Assembly (NCBI GenBank): GCA_964505815.1
Contig: CAZDKA010000002.1
Span: forward strand, 1-45,591
DNA from: an uncultured Candidatus Saccharibacteria bacterium
Lineage (GTDB): Bacteria; Patescibacteriota; Minisyncoccia; Sungbacterales; SURF-37
Reading direction: 5' to 3'
DNA: 45,591 nucleotides
Shown here: positions 1 to 7,989 of the stretch, piece by piece
Layout of the letters: each line of letters begins with the position of its first letter
Position numbering within the stretch: position 1 is the first letter of the stretch
Notes under the pieces: model-generated
Told to the model about the DNA's origin: nothing
The model's input: the letters and a program-made list of their open reading frames with translations, nothing else
Databases searched by the model: none
Translations under genes and position numbers: made by a program

Positions 1-1107
1 CGCAGGAAGTTTCTCGCTGGCATGGCTACGTTTCTTGGAGCCATCGCGCTTTCAGGGCAGAGGGCGGTTGAGGCCGCGCTCAAAAAGAGCAGTGAGCTCA
101 TCCGGCACTGGGGCTCGCCGCTTCTTCTTGAGACGCCCCTGAAAGAACTCGGCAGGTCGTGGCTCACGCCCAACAATCTTTTCTTCGTGCTTTCTCGCGC
201 CGACATACGGCCTAGTCAGGAAGAGCGCGAAAACTGGCAGGTTAATGTTGACGGCGCCGTAGGACGTGCGTTCAAGATCAGCCTCGATGAGCTGCGACAA
301 AAATTCGAGTGGATTGAGTTTCCTGCTTACCTCCAGTGCGCCGGAAACGGAAGAAAGTTTTTTGAACCGAAAATTGAGGGACTGCGATGGGAATACGGCG
401 CCATTGGCAACGCCAGATGGGGCGGTATACGCTTGGCTGATTTGCTGCTAAAGGCCGCGAGGATAGAATCGGCGGCAAAGCATATTGCGTTTGTCGGTAA
501 AGATGCTCTTCCCGATCGACCTGATAGCTACATCAAGAGCATTCCGCTTGCCAAAGCCCTCAATCCATACACGATCCTTGCTCTTACCATGAACGGCGAG
601 CCGCTGCCGGATATGCACGGCGGCCCAGTGCGTCTTTTTGTGCCGGGCTGGGGCGGGACATACAGCATTAAGTGGTTAACCCACATCATCGCTCTTGAAA
701 AACCGTGGGACGGCTTCTGGATGAATGAGGCCTATCGTGTGAACGGCAAACCCTTTACCGAATTTTCTGTAAACTCGGTCATCACCAGCCACAAGGAAGG
801 AGAGATTCTTTTGGCCGGGCCGATAAAAATCGAGGGCCTTGCCTGGACCGGCGAGGCCGAGGTTGTTACCGTTGACGTGTCGGTTGATGAGGGTATAACA
901 TGGGAAAAGGCTCAACTTGGCCAGGAGCGAGCCAAGTATGCCTGGCGAAAGTGGTCATTTGTCTGGCGACCGGCCCAACACGGAACCTATGCGCTGCTTG
1001 CCAGAGCGCGAGACAGCCGTGGCAGAGTCCAACCGCTCAGCCAGGACTGGAATCCGGGCGGGTACGGCTGGCATGCGGCCCGAGCGCTGCGAGTCAGCGT
1101 GCAGTAA
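1..1107 (+). CDS. Sulfite-oxidase-family molybdopterin oxidoreductase, N-terminus cut by window edge
   Basis: Frame is open from base 1. Bases 1-21 read RRKFLAG in frame with the 22..1107 ORF, giving a twin-arginine (Tat) signal RRKFLAGMATFLGAIAL. Mo-ligand cysteine context AYLQCAGNGR plus a C-terminal dimerisation-like region. Confidence 0.8.
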   Translation, partial: RRKFLAGMATFLGAIALSGQRAVEAALKKSSELIRHWGSPLLLETPLKELGRSWLTPNNLFFVLSRADIRPSQEERENWQVNVDGAVGRAFKISLDELRQKFEWIEFPAYLQCAGNGRKFFEPKIEGLRWEYGAIGNARWGGIRLADLLLKAARIESAAKHIAFVGKDALPDRPDSYIKSIPLAKALNPYTILALTMNGEPLPDMHGGPVRLFVPGWGGTYSIKWLTHIIALEKPWDGFWMNEAYRVNGKPFTEFSVNSVITSHKEGEILLAGPIKIEGLAWTGEAEVVTVDVSVDEGITWEKAQLGQERAKYAWRKWSFVWRPAQHGTYALLARARDSRGRVQPLSQDWNPGGYGWHAARALRVSVQ

Positions 1108-1134
1108 ACCCAAAACCACAAAAGGAGGAGAGCA

Positions 1135-1543
1135 AATGAAAGCGATCGCATCAACGGTCATCACAGTCGCGGCAGCTCTGCTGCTCATCGCCGGGTGCGC
1201 ATCTGCCGATCCAGGAACCGAAGGCAAGATCGACCTCACCGGCAATTGGGAAGGAAACTGGAATAGCGGCTTGGGCGGCGGAGCAGTGTATCTGGAATTG
1301 GAACAAAAAAACCACACGGTTACCGGCACCATTAATCTCTACGGCGCCCAGACCTTCGGTTCGAGCGCTAAAAGATTGGAAGGGCGTGTGGACGGGAGTA
1401 CATTCACTTTCTCAGCGGAAGGAAGTGTGTGTACCATTAACGCCTCGCTCTCATTTAAGATGGGTAAGAAGTATGATACCCTCTCGGGAAGTTTCAGTTG
1501 TACCACGAGCGGCGTATCAATGACGCTTTATCGGAAAAAATAG
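1135..1543 (+). CDS. Small lipoprotein, unknown function
   Basis: Internal ATG of the 917..1543 ORF, preceded by GGAGGAG about 5 nt upstream. MKAIASTVITVAAALLLIAGC carries a lipobox (LIAG/C). Confidence 0.6.
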
Positions 1544-1556
1544 GGCGGCCGCAATC

Positions 1557-1593
1557 GAAAACCCCTCGCGAAGCATTACGCGCGAGGGGTTTT
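1557..1593. terminator. Bidirectional rho-independent terminator between convergent genes
   Basis: CCCCTCGCG (1562-1570) pairs with CGCGAGGGG (1581-1589). A-run on the left, T-run on the right. Confidence 0.7.
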
Positions 1594-1611
1594 ATTTTAT
1601 ACTGACAGATA

Positions 1612-2754
1612 TCAAAACTTCCAGCCGATCTTTTCCATCACTGCCTTGAAATCCGGATCAAGGCCAGCCAGCAGTATAACTTCGCGATAATCAATGAAGC
1701 GGATACGAGCCGGGTCTTTTTTCAAGCTTTGCTGGTATTCGTTTAAAAGTTTGAACTTAAAAGGATATTTGCTTCCTTCCGGTTCGGCAAGTTTTGCCAT
1801 CGGCTTCAGAAGTTCGCGAATGTCGCTCTGCCTGCTTTTTCCGGCAATGGAGGCGAGCACAGCCGCGTACTGAAACCGCACCCGCAAGTACGAATCAAAA
1901 ACAGCAAAGTCCGCAAGATCCTCGTCTTTATGAAGAGCAAGAGTCTGTTTGAAAAGTTCTTCAGCGCTTTTGGCATCATACTCGTTTAGTATTGCCAGGG
2001 CGCCGGCGACAGAAGCCTGATAAAAATAAGGTCTTATGGCACGCGACTTTTTCGGAATAAAAGTTGTTGCCTCGGCTATGGCCACATCCCGAACAATAAG
2101 CGCTCCGCCTTCGGCAAGCTTTTCTTTTGCTGCGCCGAGATAACGAGTCCTTTGTTCCTGAGACAGATTTTGATTGCGAATGAGTTGCTGGACATACCAG
2201 TAAGCGTTCCATAAATACGCAACGCTATTCGGATTAATTTCAATTGAGCGTTCATAAAGAAGTCTTATTGCTGTAGGAATGTCGCCGTTGGCATTCTTAA
2301 GAATATTCTGGTACGGATCCCCGGTAAAAATGACGTTTCTTGCAAAATCCTCATCATTAGTTGCGGTAATAAGGTCAACCAATCCGTTCATAAGCTGCGA
2401 CCGGAGATGAGTAGAAAAAGAAGTGTCTTCTATCATTGCTTTAAGATCATTCACCGCTTCAATTTTCTGCTCCGGAGAGCCCTTAAAATACTTGTCAAAA
2501 GCAATAATCGCTCTTATGCGCGCTTGTTTTAGCGTATCAGATTCTTCAGCATCTTCTAACGCGCCCTCAAGCGCGGTAATTGCTTTTTCAAACTCCCCGG
2601 ACTTATGGAGAACGCCGGCTTCCCCCGCTTTTTTCTCAAGTCGTTTTACTCGCTGGGCCTTCTGAAATCTATCAACAAAAATAAAACCAGCCAGTATTAA
2701 AATGGCTGCTATTGCTGCAATAAGAATTTTCTTAAAAGAAAAAAACTGGTTCAT
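1612..2754 (-). CDS. Membrane-anchored all-helical (TPR-like) protein, tandem paralog 2
   Basis: Start taken at ATG 2754 (MNQFFSFKKILIAAIAAILILAGFIFV, a TM helix). The track start at 2796 is a TTG inside the upstream gene. Similar to 2759..3958: DEDFARNVIFTGDPYQ vs DDDFSHAVIFRGQPYE, AYWYVQQL vs AYWYGEQL; shared GWKF motif, C-terminal in this protein and four residues from the end of the other. Confidence 0.6.
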   Translation of the reverse strand: MNQFFSFKKILIAAIAAILILAGFIFVDRFQKAQRVKRLEKKAGEAGVLHKSGEFEKAITALEGALEDAEESDTLKQARIRAIIAFDKYFKGSPEQKIEAVNDLKAMIEDTSFSTHLRSQLMNGLVDLITATNDEDFARNVIFTGDPYQNILKNANGDIPTAIRLLYERSIEINPNSVAYLWNAYWYVQQLIRNQNLSQEQRTRYLGAAKEKLAEGGALIVRDVAIAEATTFIPKKSRAIRPYFYQASVAGALAILNEYDAKSAEELFKQTLALHKDEDLADFAVFDSYLRVRFQYAAVLASIAGKSRQSDIRELLKPMAKLAEPEGSKYPFKFKLLNEYQQSLKKDPARIRFIDYREVILLAGLDPDFKAVMEKIGWKF

Positions 2755-2758
2755 CGTT

Positions 2759-3958
2759 TTAGCGCGCCGCGACAAACTTCCAGCCAAATTTTTCAAGCGT
2801 TATTTTAAATTCCGGCACAAATTCGGCGACCTTCAAAAGTTCGTGATAATCGGGGAAGTGGACGTGGTCCTCCACGCCGGCGAGACGCACGCTTCTTGTA
2901 TATTCATTCATGATCAGCTGGGTAAAAAGAGGCGTTTTCCCGTTAATCGCCCTGAGGGCATCGCCCATAACTGAGGCAAGCTCGCGGATATCCTCCCTCT
3001 TCTCTGCTCCGTAACCGGCTACCAGGAACCCGACATAGTCATAGCGCACTTCATAGACCATATCGCGCAAAAAGAGGTCATCTGCTTTCTCTTTGCTTTC
3101 TTTGTCAATATCGTTAAGAATGCTCCTAAAAAGCGTATCAACGTGCGCAAGAGACGTATCCTCAGAGTTTCGCAAAGCCGCAAAGCCGACAACCATCGCG
3201 TGGATAATTTTTAGCGCCGCGATACGGGTAGGAGAATCGGCTTTTTGAATCAACGTAATATCGCGATCCATGAGCTCCTCGCCTTTGCGAAGATGCGTTA
3301 TGAGTTGATTCGCGTAGGCTGTCTTCACTTCCGGAGAAAGCTCTTTTTCCAGAAGTTTGCTTCGCGTCAGTTGCTCGCCGTACCAGTAGGCAATGCGAAA
3401 ATGGGCATTGGCAGTCGGGGCAAGAGCAAGACTCCATTCGTAGAGCTTGCGCGCGGCAATGTGAGTATCATGGCCTCCTGCTTCCGCCAAGAACGTCTCA
3501 TAAGGCTGGCCCCTGAAAATAACCGCGTGAGAAAAGTCATCATCATGGGTGGCGTTATACATATCAAGCATCGAAGTCAAAATCATGGCCCGCGTCAAAC
3601 CGGGAATTGATTCATCGGCCACCATTTCCTTCATCATCGCTACCCCTTTTTTCTTTTTCTCCGGCTGGCAGGTAATAAAGTTGTCCCAGGCAAGCGCGGC
3701 CTGGGCATGAATGCGCTCCTGCGGCGAGCTCACATAAATGAGGGCCTGTTCCCAAAGGGGAATACTCTTGTCGGTGTCAGCCAGACGATGATATTTCATG
3801 GCTTCATCGTGAAGGCTTTCATGCCGGGCCTTTTTGTTGGCATCAGTGTAATGCATATATATTTTCTCTCCGCCCCATACAGCCAGACCCAAAAGCAAAA
3901 GAGCTGTGAGTCCTCTTTCGGCAACGGAAAAAAAATTTTCTCGCGAAATGTTTAACAT
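2759..3958 (-). CDS. Membrane-anchored all-helical (TPR-like) protein, tandem paralog 1
   Basis: ATG at 3958 (MLNISRENFFSVAERGLTALLLLGLAVWGG); the track start at 3976 is TTG. The ATG overlaps the last codons of the upstream 75-aa ORF. Paralogous to 1612..2754. Confidence 0.6.
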   Translation of the reverse strand: MLNISRENFFSVAERGLTALLLLGLAVWGGEKIYMHYTDANKKARHESLHDEAMKYHRLADTDKSIPLWEQALIYVSSPQERIHAQAALAWDNFITCQPEKKKKGVAMMKEMVADESIPGLTRAMILTSMLDMYNATHDDDFSHAVIFRGQPYETFLAEAGGHDTHIAARKLYEWSLALAPTANAHFRIAYWYGEQLTRSKLLEKELSPEVKTAYANQLITHLRKGEELMDRDITLIQKADSPTRIAALKIIHAMVVGFAALRNSEDTSLAHVDTLFRSILNDIDKESKEKADDLFLRDMVYEVRYDYVGFLVAGYGAEKREDIRELASVMGDALRAINGKTPLFTQLIMNEYTRSVRLAGVEDHVHFPDYHELLKVAEFVPEFKITLEKFGWKFVAAR

Positions 3959-4179
3959 GAACAACACTCGCAGCAATCCCCAACAACAACAGGATCTCCA
4001 AGACCGCCTGGACCATCGGCTCTTGCTTCCGGAAAAATACAGGCCAAAGGATTTACTCCGGCCGATGGTTTATCCTTGTTTTCTTTGTGCAACACGAATC
4101 CGACAGTAAATACCGCCAAAGTTAAGACCAAAAGTCGTAAAACTCTCCCCAGGCCGATTTTTTTAGTAGATGTATCCAT
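3952..4179 (-). CDS. 75-aa Cys-rich small protein, candidate modified-peptide precursor
   Basis: ATG at 4179. N-terminal hydrophobic helix LGRVLRLLVLTLAVFTVGFVL, a Gly/Pro/Asp linker, and C-terminus GDCCECCSC. The stop region overlaps the next gene's ATG (TCATGTTAA). No homology call is possible by eye. Confidence 0.45.
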   Translation of the reverse strand: MDTSTKKIGLGRVLRLLVLTLAVFTVGFVLHKENKDKPSAGVNPLACIFPEARADGPGGLGDPVVVGDCCECCSC

Positions 4180-4284
4180 ATGCCACCATTATATATTGAC
4201 TATCTTTATTACTACAAACGTCACTTATCCACAGAGATTACGCGGTATGGCTTGGTCCAAGTTTTCTACTTTTAACGCCCGCCA

Positions 4285-4324
4285 ATGTACACAAGATTAG
4301 ACGATAGTTCAATGTTGTGTACAT
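4285..4324. promoter_or_regulatory. 10-bp inverted repeat in the AT-rich gap between ycaO and the Cys-rich ORF
   Basis: ATGTACACAA (4285-4294) and TTGTGTACAT (4315-4324) with a 20-nt spacer. On the minus strand a TATAAT (4188-4193) lies only 8 nt before the ATG at 4179. Confidence 0.4.
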
Positions 4325-4341
4325 ATAATAAAAATAAAAAG

Positions 4342-5943
4342 TTAAGGAAATGGGTGCGGCAGGGGATTAAATGCGGCACGGCTTCTATGCCCTAGTTTTT
4401 CGGGCACATGCTTGAGCCGCGCGGCCCCGAGAGGGACGGCGTGTTCTTTCATATAAAGAGGAATAAGCGGCGGTATGACGACCCGCACCGAATGGTATCC
4501 CAACGTATCTAAAACCGTATGCGTTGCCTCATAAAAATAAACTGCGTATTGGGGGCCAAGTTTTTCTATGGCGCCTTGCAGCCACGCCAACTCTTCCTTT
4601 TTGGACGAAAAGGTTCTGGCCGGAATATCATTCCACAGCTGCGCTGCGCCCTCCAAGAAAAAAGAGAAGGACCGAAGCGTTTCCGGATTAGCCCACAGCG
4701 CAAGGCGCCCCTCTTGTCCTATTTCTTCGCGAAAAGGCGAGTAATTCTCCGACAGGCGGTAAGTTTTTAATTCGGGAGTTCTGGTATACTGCGTCCGCAG
4801 CGACTGCCGAATCCCCAGCGATTCGCTTAAAGCCCTGACAACCGCTATTTCTGGCTTTGCGTCGCACCCGCCGCCAATGGTCAAGGAGGGCCCGCGCCCG
4901 GAACGATCAATTATGATCGCGGCAAAAGTCGGCACCGGGATATCTGTTGTAATATTAAGAATGGTCGGCTCAAGATGATAGCGGCGGCAGAGCGCAAGAA
5001 GCGTGGCAGCATCGGGGTGATTGAGCGCGGAGATGTCAACACGGGGCGGGGCAATGGCGTTCAGCCAGTGAATCAGGAAAGCGTCGCGCTGGATTAACTC
5101 GTATATGCCTAATATGACTGCTTCCTCAAGCGAAAAATGCCCGGCAGCGCCGTTGGTAATGGGCTGCTGCAGGAACGGTTCGTGATACTCAGCATGATGA
5201 CAGTAGTTCCAAAAAACGCATTGCGCCGGTAAAAGTACCGGAATGCTGCTCCCCAGTTTTCGCCCCGGCGTCCAAAAAAATTCATCGGCGTCATTGAAAC
5301 GGCGTTCTGGAAATATTTGTTTTTGCTCCTCTGAAAATTCTGCCAAATTCGCCGGATCAAGATACAAAACGCCTTTTTTTTTAAGGGAACGCAGGGAGCT
5401 TCTAACAAGTTTTTCCTTCCGATAGAGCGAAAGAAAATGTCGTTCCAGCAGCTCGCCGATGGCTTTGGAAAGCGCTTCTTCAAAATGAAGCGATGTGCCG
5501 CGGTTATAGAGCTGCTGCGGGTCGTGGCCGTCGGTCAGTGTTTTATCGAATTGGGATTGGAGATGGAGATAAAATAATTTCGGCTCATCGTTGAATGGCG
5601 GCTCAAATACGGCGCGCGGAGAGGTAAGAATTTTTTGTTCAAAGAGATAATTCGGTATGGCCTGCCATTGCGGCGGAACCGGATAAGAAGCATCACTAGG
5701 GATAAAAGAATCGTTGCTGGTACCCAGTTCTGCAATTTTTTGCTGTAACTGCAAAGACCAGCGGCCATGCGGGGACTGCGGCGAGCGATAACGCCCTGCC
5801 GCCTTTTGCGCCTCGCTGAAGATTTCGCTGGTTCTTTTTACACCAACTCCGCTCTGCGGAAGAAACGACTGGCGGTCGTTAAAAACTTCACGCGCTAATG
5901 GCTCGGACGTACTTTCCGTAGAGATATTTTTGTCTGAGTTCAT
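4342..5943 (-). CDS. ycaO: YcaO-domain protein (ATP-dependent peptide backbone-modifying enzyme family)
   Basis: Motifs read by eye: GTSLHFEEALSKAIGELLERH, PITNGAAGHFSLEEAVILGIYELIQRDAF, GGGCDAKPEIAVVRALSES. About 130-aa N-terminal extension. Starts 5 nt after the stop of 5949..7868. Confidence 0.8.
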   Translation of the reverse strand: MNSDKNISTESTSEPLAREVFNDRQSFLPQSGVGVKRTSEIFSEAQKAAGRYRSPQSPHGRWSLQLQQKIAELGTSNDSFIPSDASYPVPPQWQAIPNYLFEQKILTSPRAVFEPPFNDEPKLFYLHLQSQFDKTLTDGHDPQQLYNRGTSLHFEEALSKAIGELLERHFLSLYRKEKLVRSSLRSLKKKGVLYLDPANLAEFSEEQKQIFPERRFNDADEFFWTPGRKLGSSIPVLLPAQCVFWNYCHHAEYHEPFLQQPITNGAAGHFSLEEAVILGIYELIQRDAFLIHWLNAIAPPRVDISALNHPDAATLLALCRRYHLEPTILNITTDIPVPTFAAIIIDRSGRGPSLTIGGGCDAKPEIAVVRALSESLGIRQSLRTQYTRTPELKTYRLSENYSPFREEIGQEGRLALWANPETLRSFSFFLEGAAQLWNDIPARTFSSKKEELAWLQGAIEKLGPQYAVYFYEATHTVLDTLGYHSVRVVIPPLIPLYMKEHAVPLGAARLKHVPEKLGHRSRAAFNPLPHPFP

Positions 5944-5948
5944 AAAGG

Positions 5949-7868
5949 CTAATAGCTGTTACTATGAATACGGAGGCGCGATACGCCAAGCAACACGTGC
6001 CCTGCCGCGTCAATCCATGCTTCGACGGTTAAATAGTCGTGGCGAAAGCCGCCGATAACTTTCGGCCGAATCTCTTCGCGAATAAAAAAGGTGTTTTCTT
6101 GGTCGTATTGCATGGACAAAAGCCAGGCTAAACACATATCAATCGCGTCTTTATTTTTTCCTGGATCCAACGCCAATACCTCAAAAACTTTTCCGGTTCC
6201 GCGAGTGTAAGGGACGCCGCCGATCGTAGATTCGGGGAAGGCACCGTCTGAAAGCTGGTGGCCTTTGAGCCAATCGTTAACTCTCTGATAGAAAATCTCG
6301 TGGCTGCCGTGAAAACTATGCGCTAGCTCCGCCCAAACCGCAAGATTCTCGGCCCGGCCGCTTTCCAGCGATGCTGCAAATTTTTCTTTCAAAATCCGGG
6401 TTAGATTTTCAAACGGTGTTGAGAATCGATGATCGGCTCTTATCATCTTAAAGAAACTCGCGATTTGAGCAAAGGTAAGCGGTTCGAAGTTCAAGGCGGC
6501 GAGTCGGCTCAAAATTCTGTCTGCTGCGGCTCCCGCCTCGTTCGGCTTGCCCAATGCAAGCGATAACTGCCCGAAATAGGCTAATGTCAACTCCGAATTG
6601 GAAATTTGGAATTGAGAATTAGTAATTAAATAACTCTTGAGGTATTCAAAACTTTTTTCTGCGGCAATAGAATATCTTTGCTCTCCTGCGGCTTTACCGA
6701 ATTCGGCAAGCGCGAGAGCAGTAAAGGCTAGGCGCGGCCAGTCAATTTGTGTTTGGCGGCCGGTTAGCGGGTCTATAATCGGCGGAAGGTTGCCATCCGG
6801 CTCCTGGATCCGGCAAAGCCAATCGGCGGCCATTCGTAAACGCTGGATTATGAATTCTGAATTAAGAATTACGGATTCCGGGGCAACTACCGGACCGAAA
6901 AGAGACAAATGTTTTTTGCCATCTTCGGATTCTATGAAATCATCAACTTCAAAAATAGAAATATCGGCATCTTTATATGCGGCGCGGCTTAGTCCTGCTT
7001 TACTCTCTGCCAGATCCCCCAAAAAATCTTCAAGATTTTGAAACCGGCGCGCATTATGCGCCTCGGGCAGAAACCATCCTTTTCGTCCTTCTCCGTTTTT
7101 TTCCACGCCGCTTTTCATTCCAACATTCTTAAGAATGTTGGAATGACCGCGGGTTGTTTTTTGCTGTAAAAGATATCCTTTTTCCGAATAAATCGCGTTC
7201 CGCCCAAACTCAACCGGCAACAACGGCAGACGGAGGTCGTGCATAATAGTAATTTCTATCTGCGTATCCGCCAGCTCTTCCGGCGAAAGCGGCTTGAATC
7301 TAGGGTCGCGACTGGCGTTTACTGCGGCATCGGCAATACCCTCTCCCAAATGTCGGCGCTCCACTATTGAAGAACCGCGCAGATGCCCCTTGGTCCACAA
7401 AGCAACATCAAGGGTGATCGACAACTGGAAACGTTCAGAAAGAGTACTAAAGTATTCGCGGGTGAAACGCTCGCCGGTAACAAAAAATTTTTCAAGCGCG
7501 TGTCGGGCAATTTTCAACGCGATTATTCTTTCTTCTTCGTCAAACCCCCAACGAAGAGGCCTCACTTGCACTAAACGGTCTGTTCTTTCAAGAATCTCGA
7601 TCTCCGGAGATGAAAAAATTTTTATCCACGGTGCATCAAGTTTCTCGTTCGGCTTGGCGTTGCAGATAATAAACATTGGTGTTCGATCACTTGACGGCAT
7701 CCTCATTTTTTTTGGCCTGTCACCGAATCGGAGCGGGAAATCAAAATAAAAGCAGCCGTGCGTGCCCGGAAGATCAACAAAAATAATATCGCGCTCGTTC
7801 GCGACCCCGCTTAACCACTCTAAAACCGCATGAAGTTGTTGGGAGAAAGGTCTCCACCATCCAAACAT
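5949..7868 (-). CDS. AMMECR1-like domain fused to a prenyltransferase/terpene-cyclase-like alpha-alpha toroid domain
   Basis: Residues ~105-300 (WTKGHLRGSSI, NASRDPRFKPLSPEEL, IEITIMHDL, GWFLPEAH, FLGDLAESKAGL) follow the AMMECR1 pattern (LRGCIG, DPRF, LLPQV, KAGL), with Ser replacing the Cys. Residues ~330-639 carry three WLxxxQxxDG-type repeats (WLCRIQEPDGNL, WLKGHQLSDGAF, WLLSMQYDQ). Confidence 0.65.
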   Translation of the reverse strand: MFGWWRPFSQQLHAVLEWLSGVANERDIIFVDLPGTHGCFYFDFPLRFGDRPKKMRMPSSDRTPMFIICNAKPNEKLDAPWIKIFSSPEIEILERTDRLVQVRPLRWGFDEEERIIALKIARHALEKFFVTGERFTREYFSTLSERFQLSITLDVALWTKGHLRGSSIVERRHLGEGIADAAVNASRDPRFKPLSPEELADTQIEITIMHDLRLPLLPVEFGRNAIYSEKGYLLQQKTTRGHSNILKNVGMKSGVEKNGEGRKGWFLPEAHNARRFQNLEDFLGDLAESKAGLSRAAYKDADISIFEVDDFIESEDGKKHLSLFGPVVAPESVILNSEFIIQRLRMAADWLCRIQEPDGNLPPIIDPLTGRQTQIDWPRLAFTALALAEFGKAAGEQRYSIAAEKSFEYLKSYLITNSQFQISNSELTLAYFGQLSLALGKPNEAGAAADRILSRLAALNFEPLTFAQIASFFKMIRADHRFSTPFENLTRILKEKFAASLESGRAENLAVWAELAHSFHGSHEIFYQRVNDWLKGHQLSDGAFPESTIGGVPYTRGTGKVFEVLALDPGKNKDAIDMCLAWLLSMQYDQENTFFIREEIRPKVIGGFRHDYLTVEAWIDAAGHVLLGVSRLRIHSNSY

Positions 7869-7989
7869 GCACCACTTATCGTAGGTTACTCGTCCTTCCT
7901 TGACAATGGCTATTGAATAGCTATCTCTCTGGCCGTTTAGTCCAAAGTATGCTAGATTATATTCGCTCTTTGAAAAAATGGAGGTGTAT

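Noticed and set aside
4225-4233. Exact DnaA-box consensus TTATCCACA in the AT-rich gap downstream of ycaO
   Set aside because: It is a single copy. A given 9-mer is expected about 0.35 times by chance on both strands of 45.6 kb. There is no box cluster, dnaA or dnaN nearby, so it is not evidence for an origin.
4238-4324. 28-aa ORF (MYTTLNYRLILCTLAGVKSRKLGPSHTA) between ycaO and the Cys-rich ORF as an alternative precursor
   Set aside because: It has no ribosome-binding site, and it spans the 10-bp inverted repeat, which explains part of its sequence. Nothing supports it beyond an open frame. It is worth a look only if conserved in relatives.
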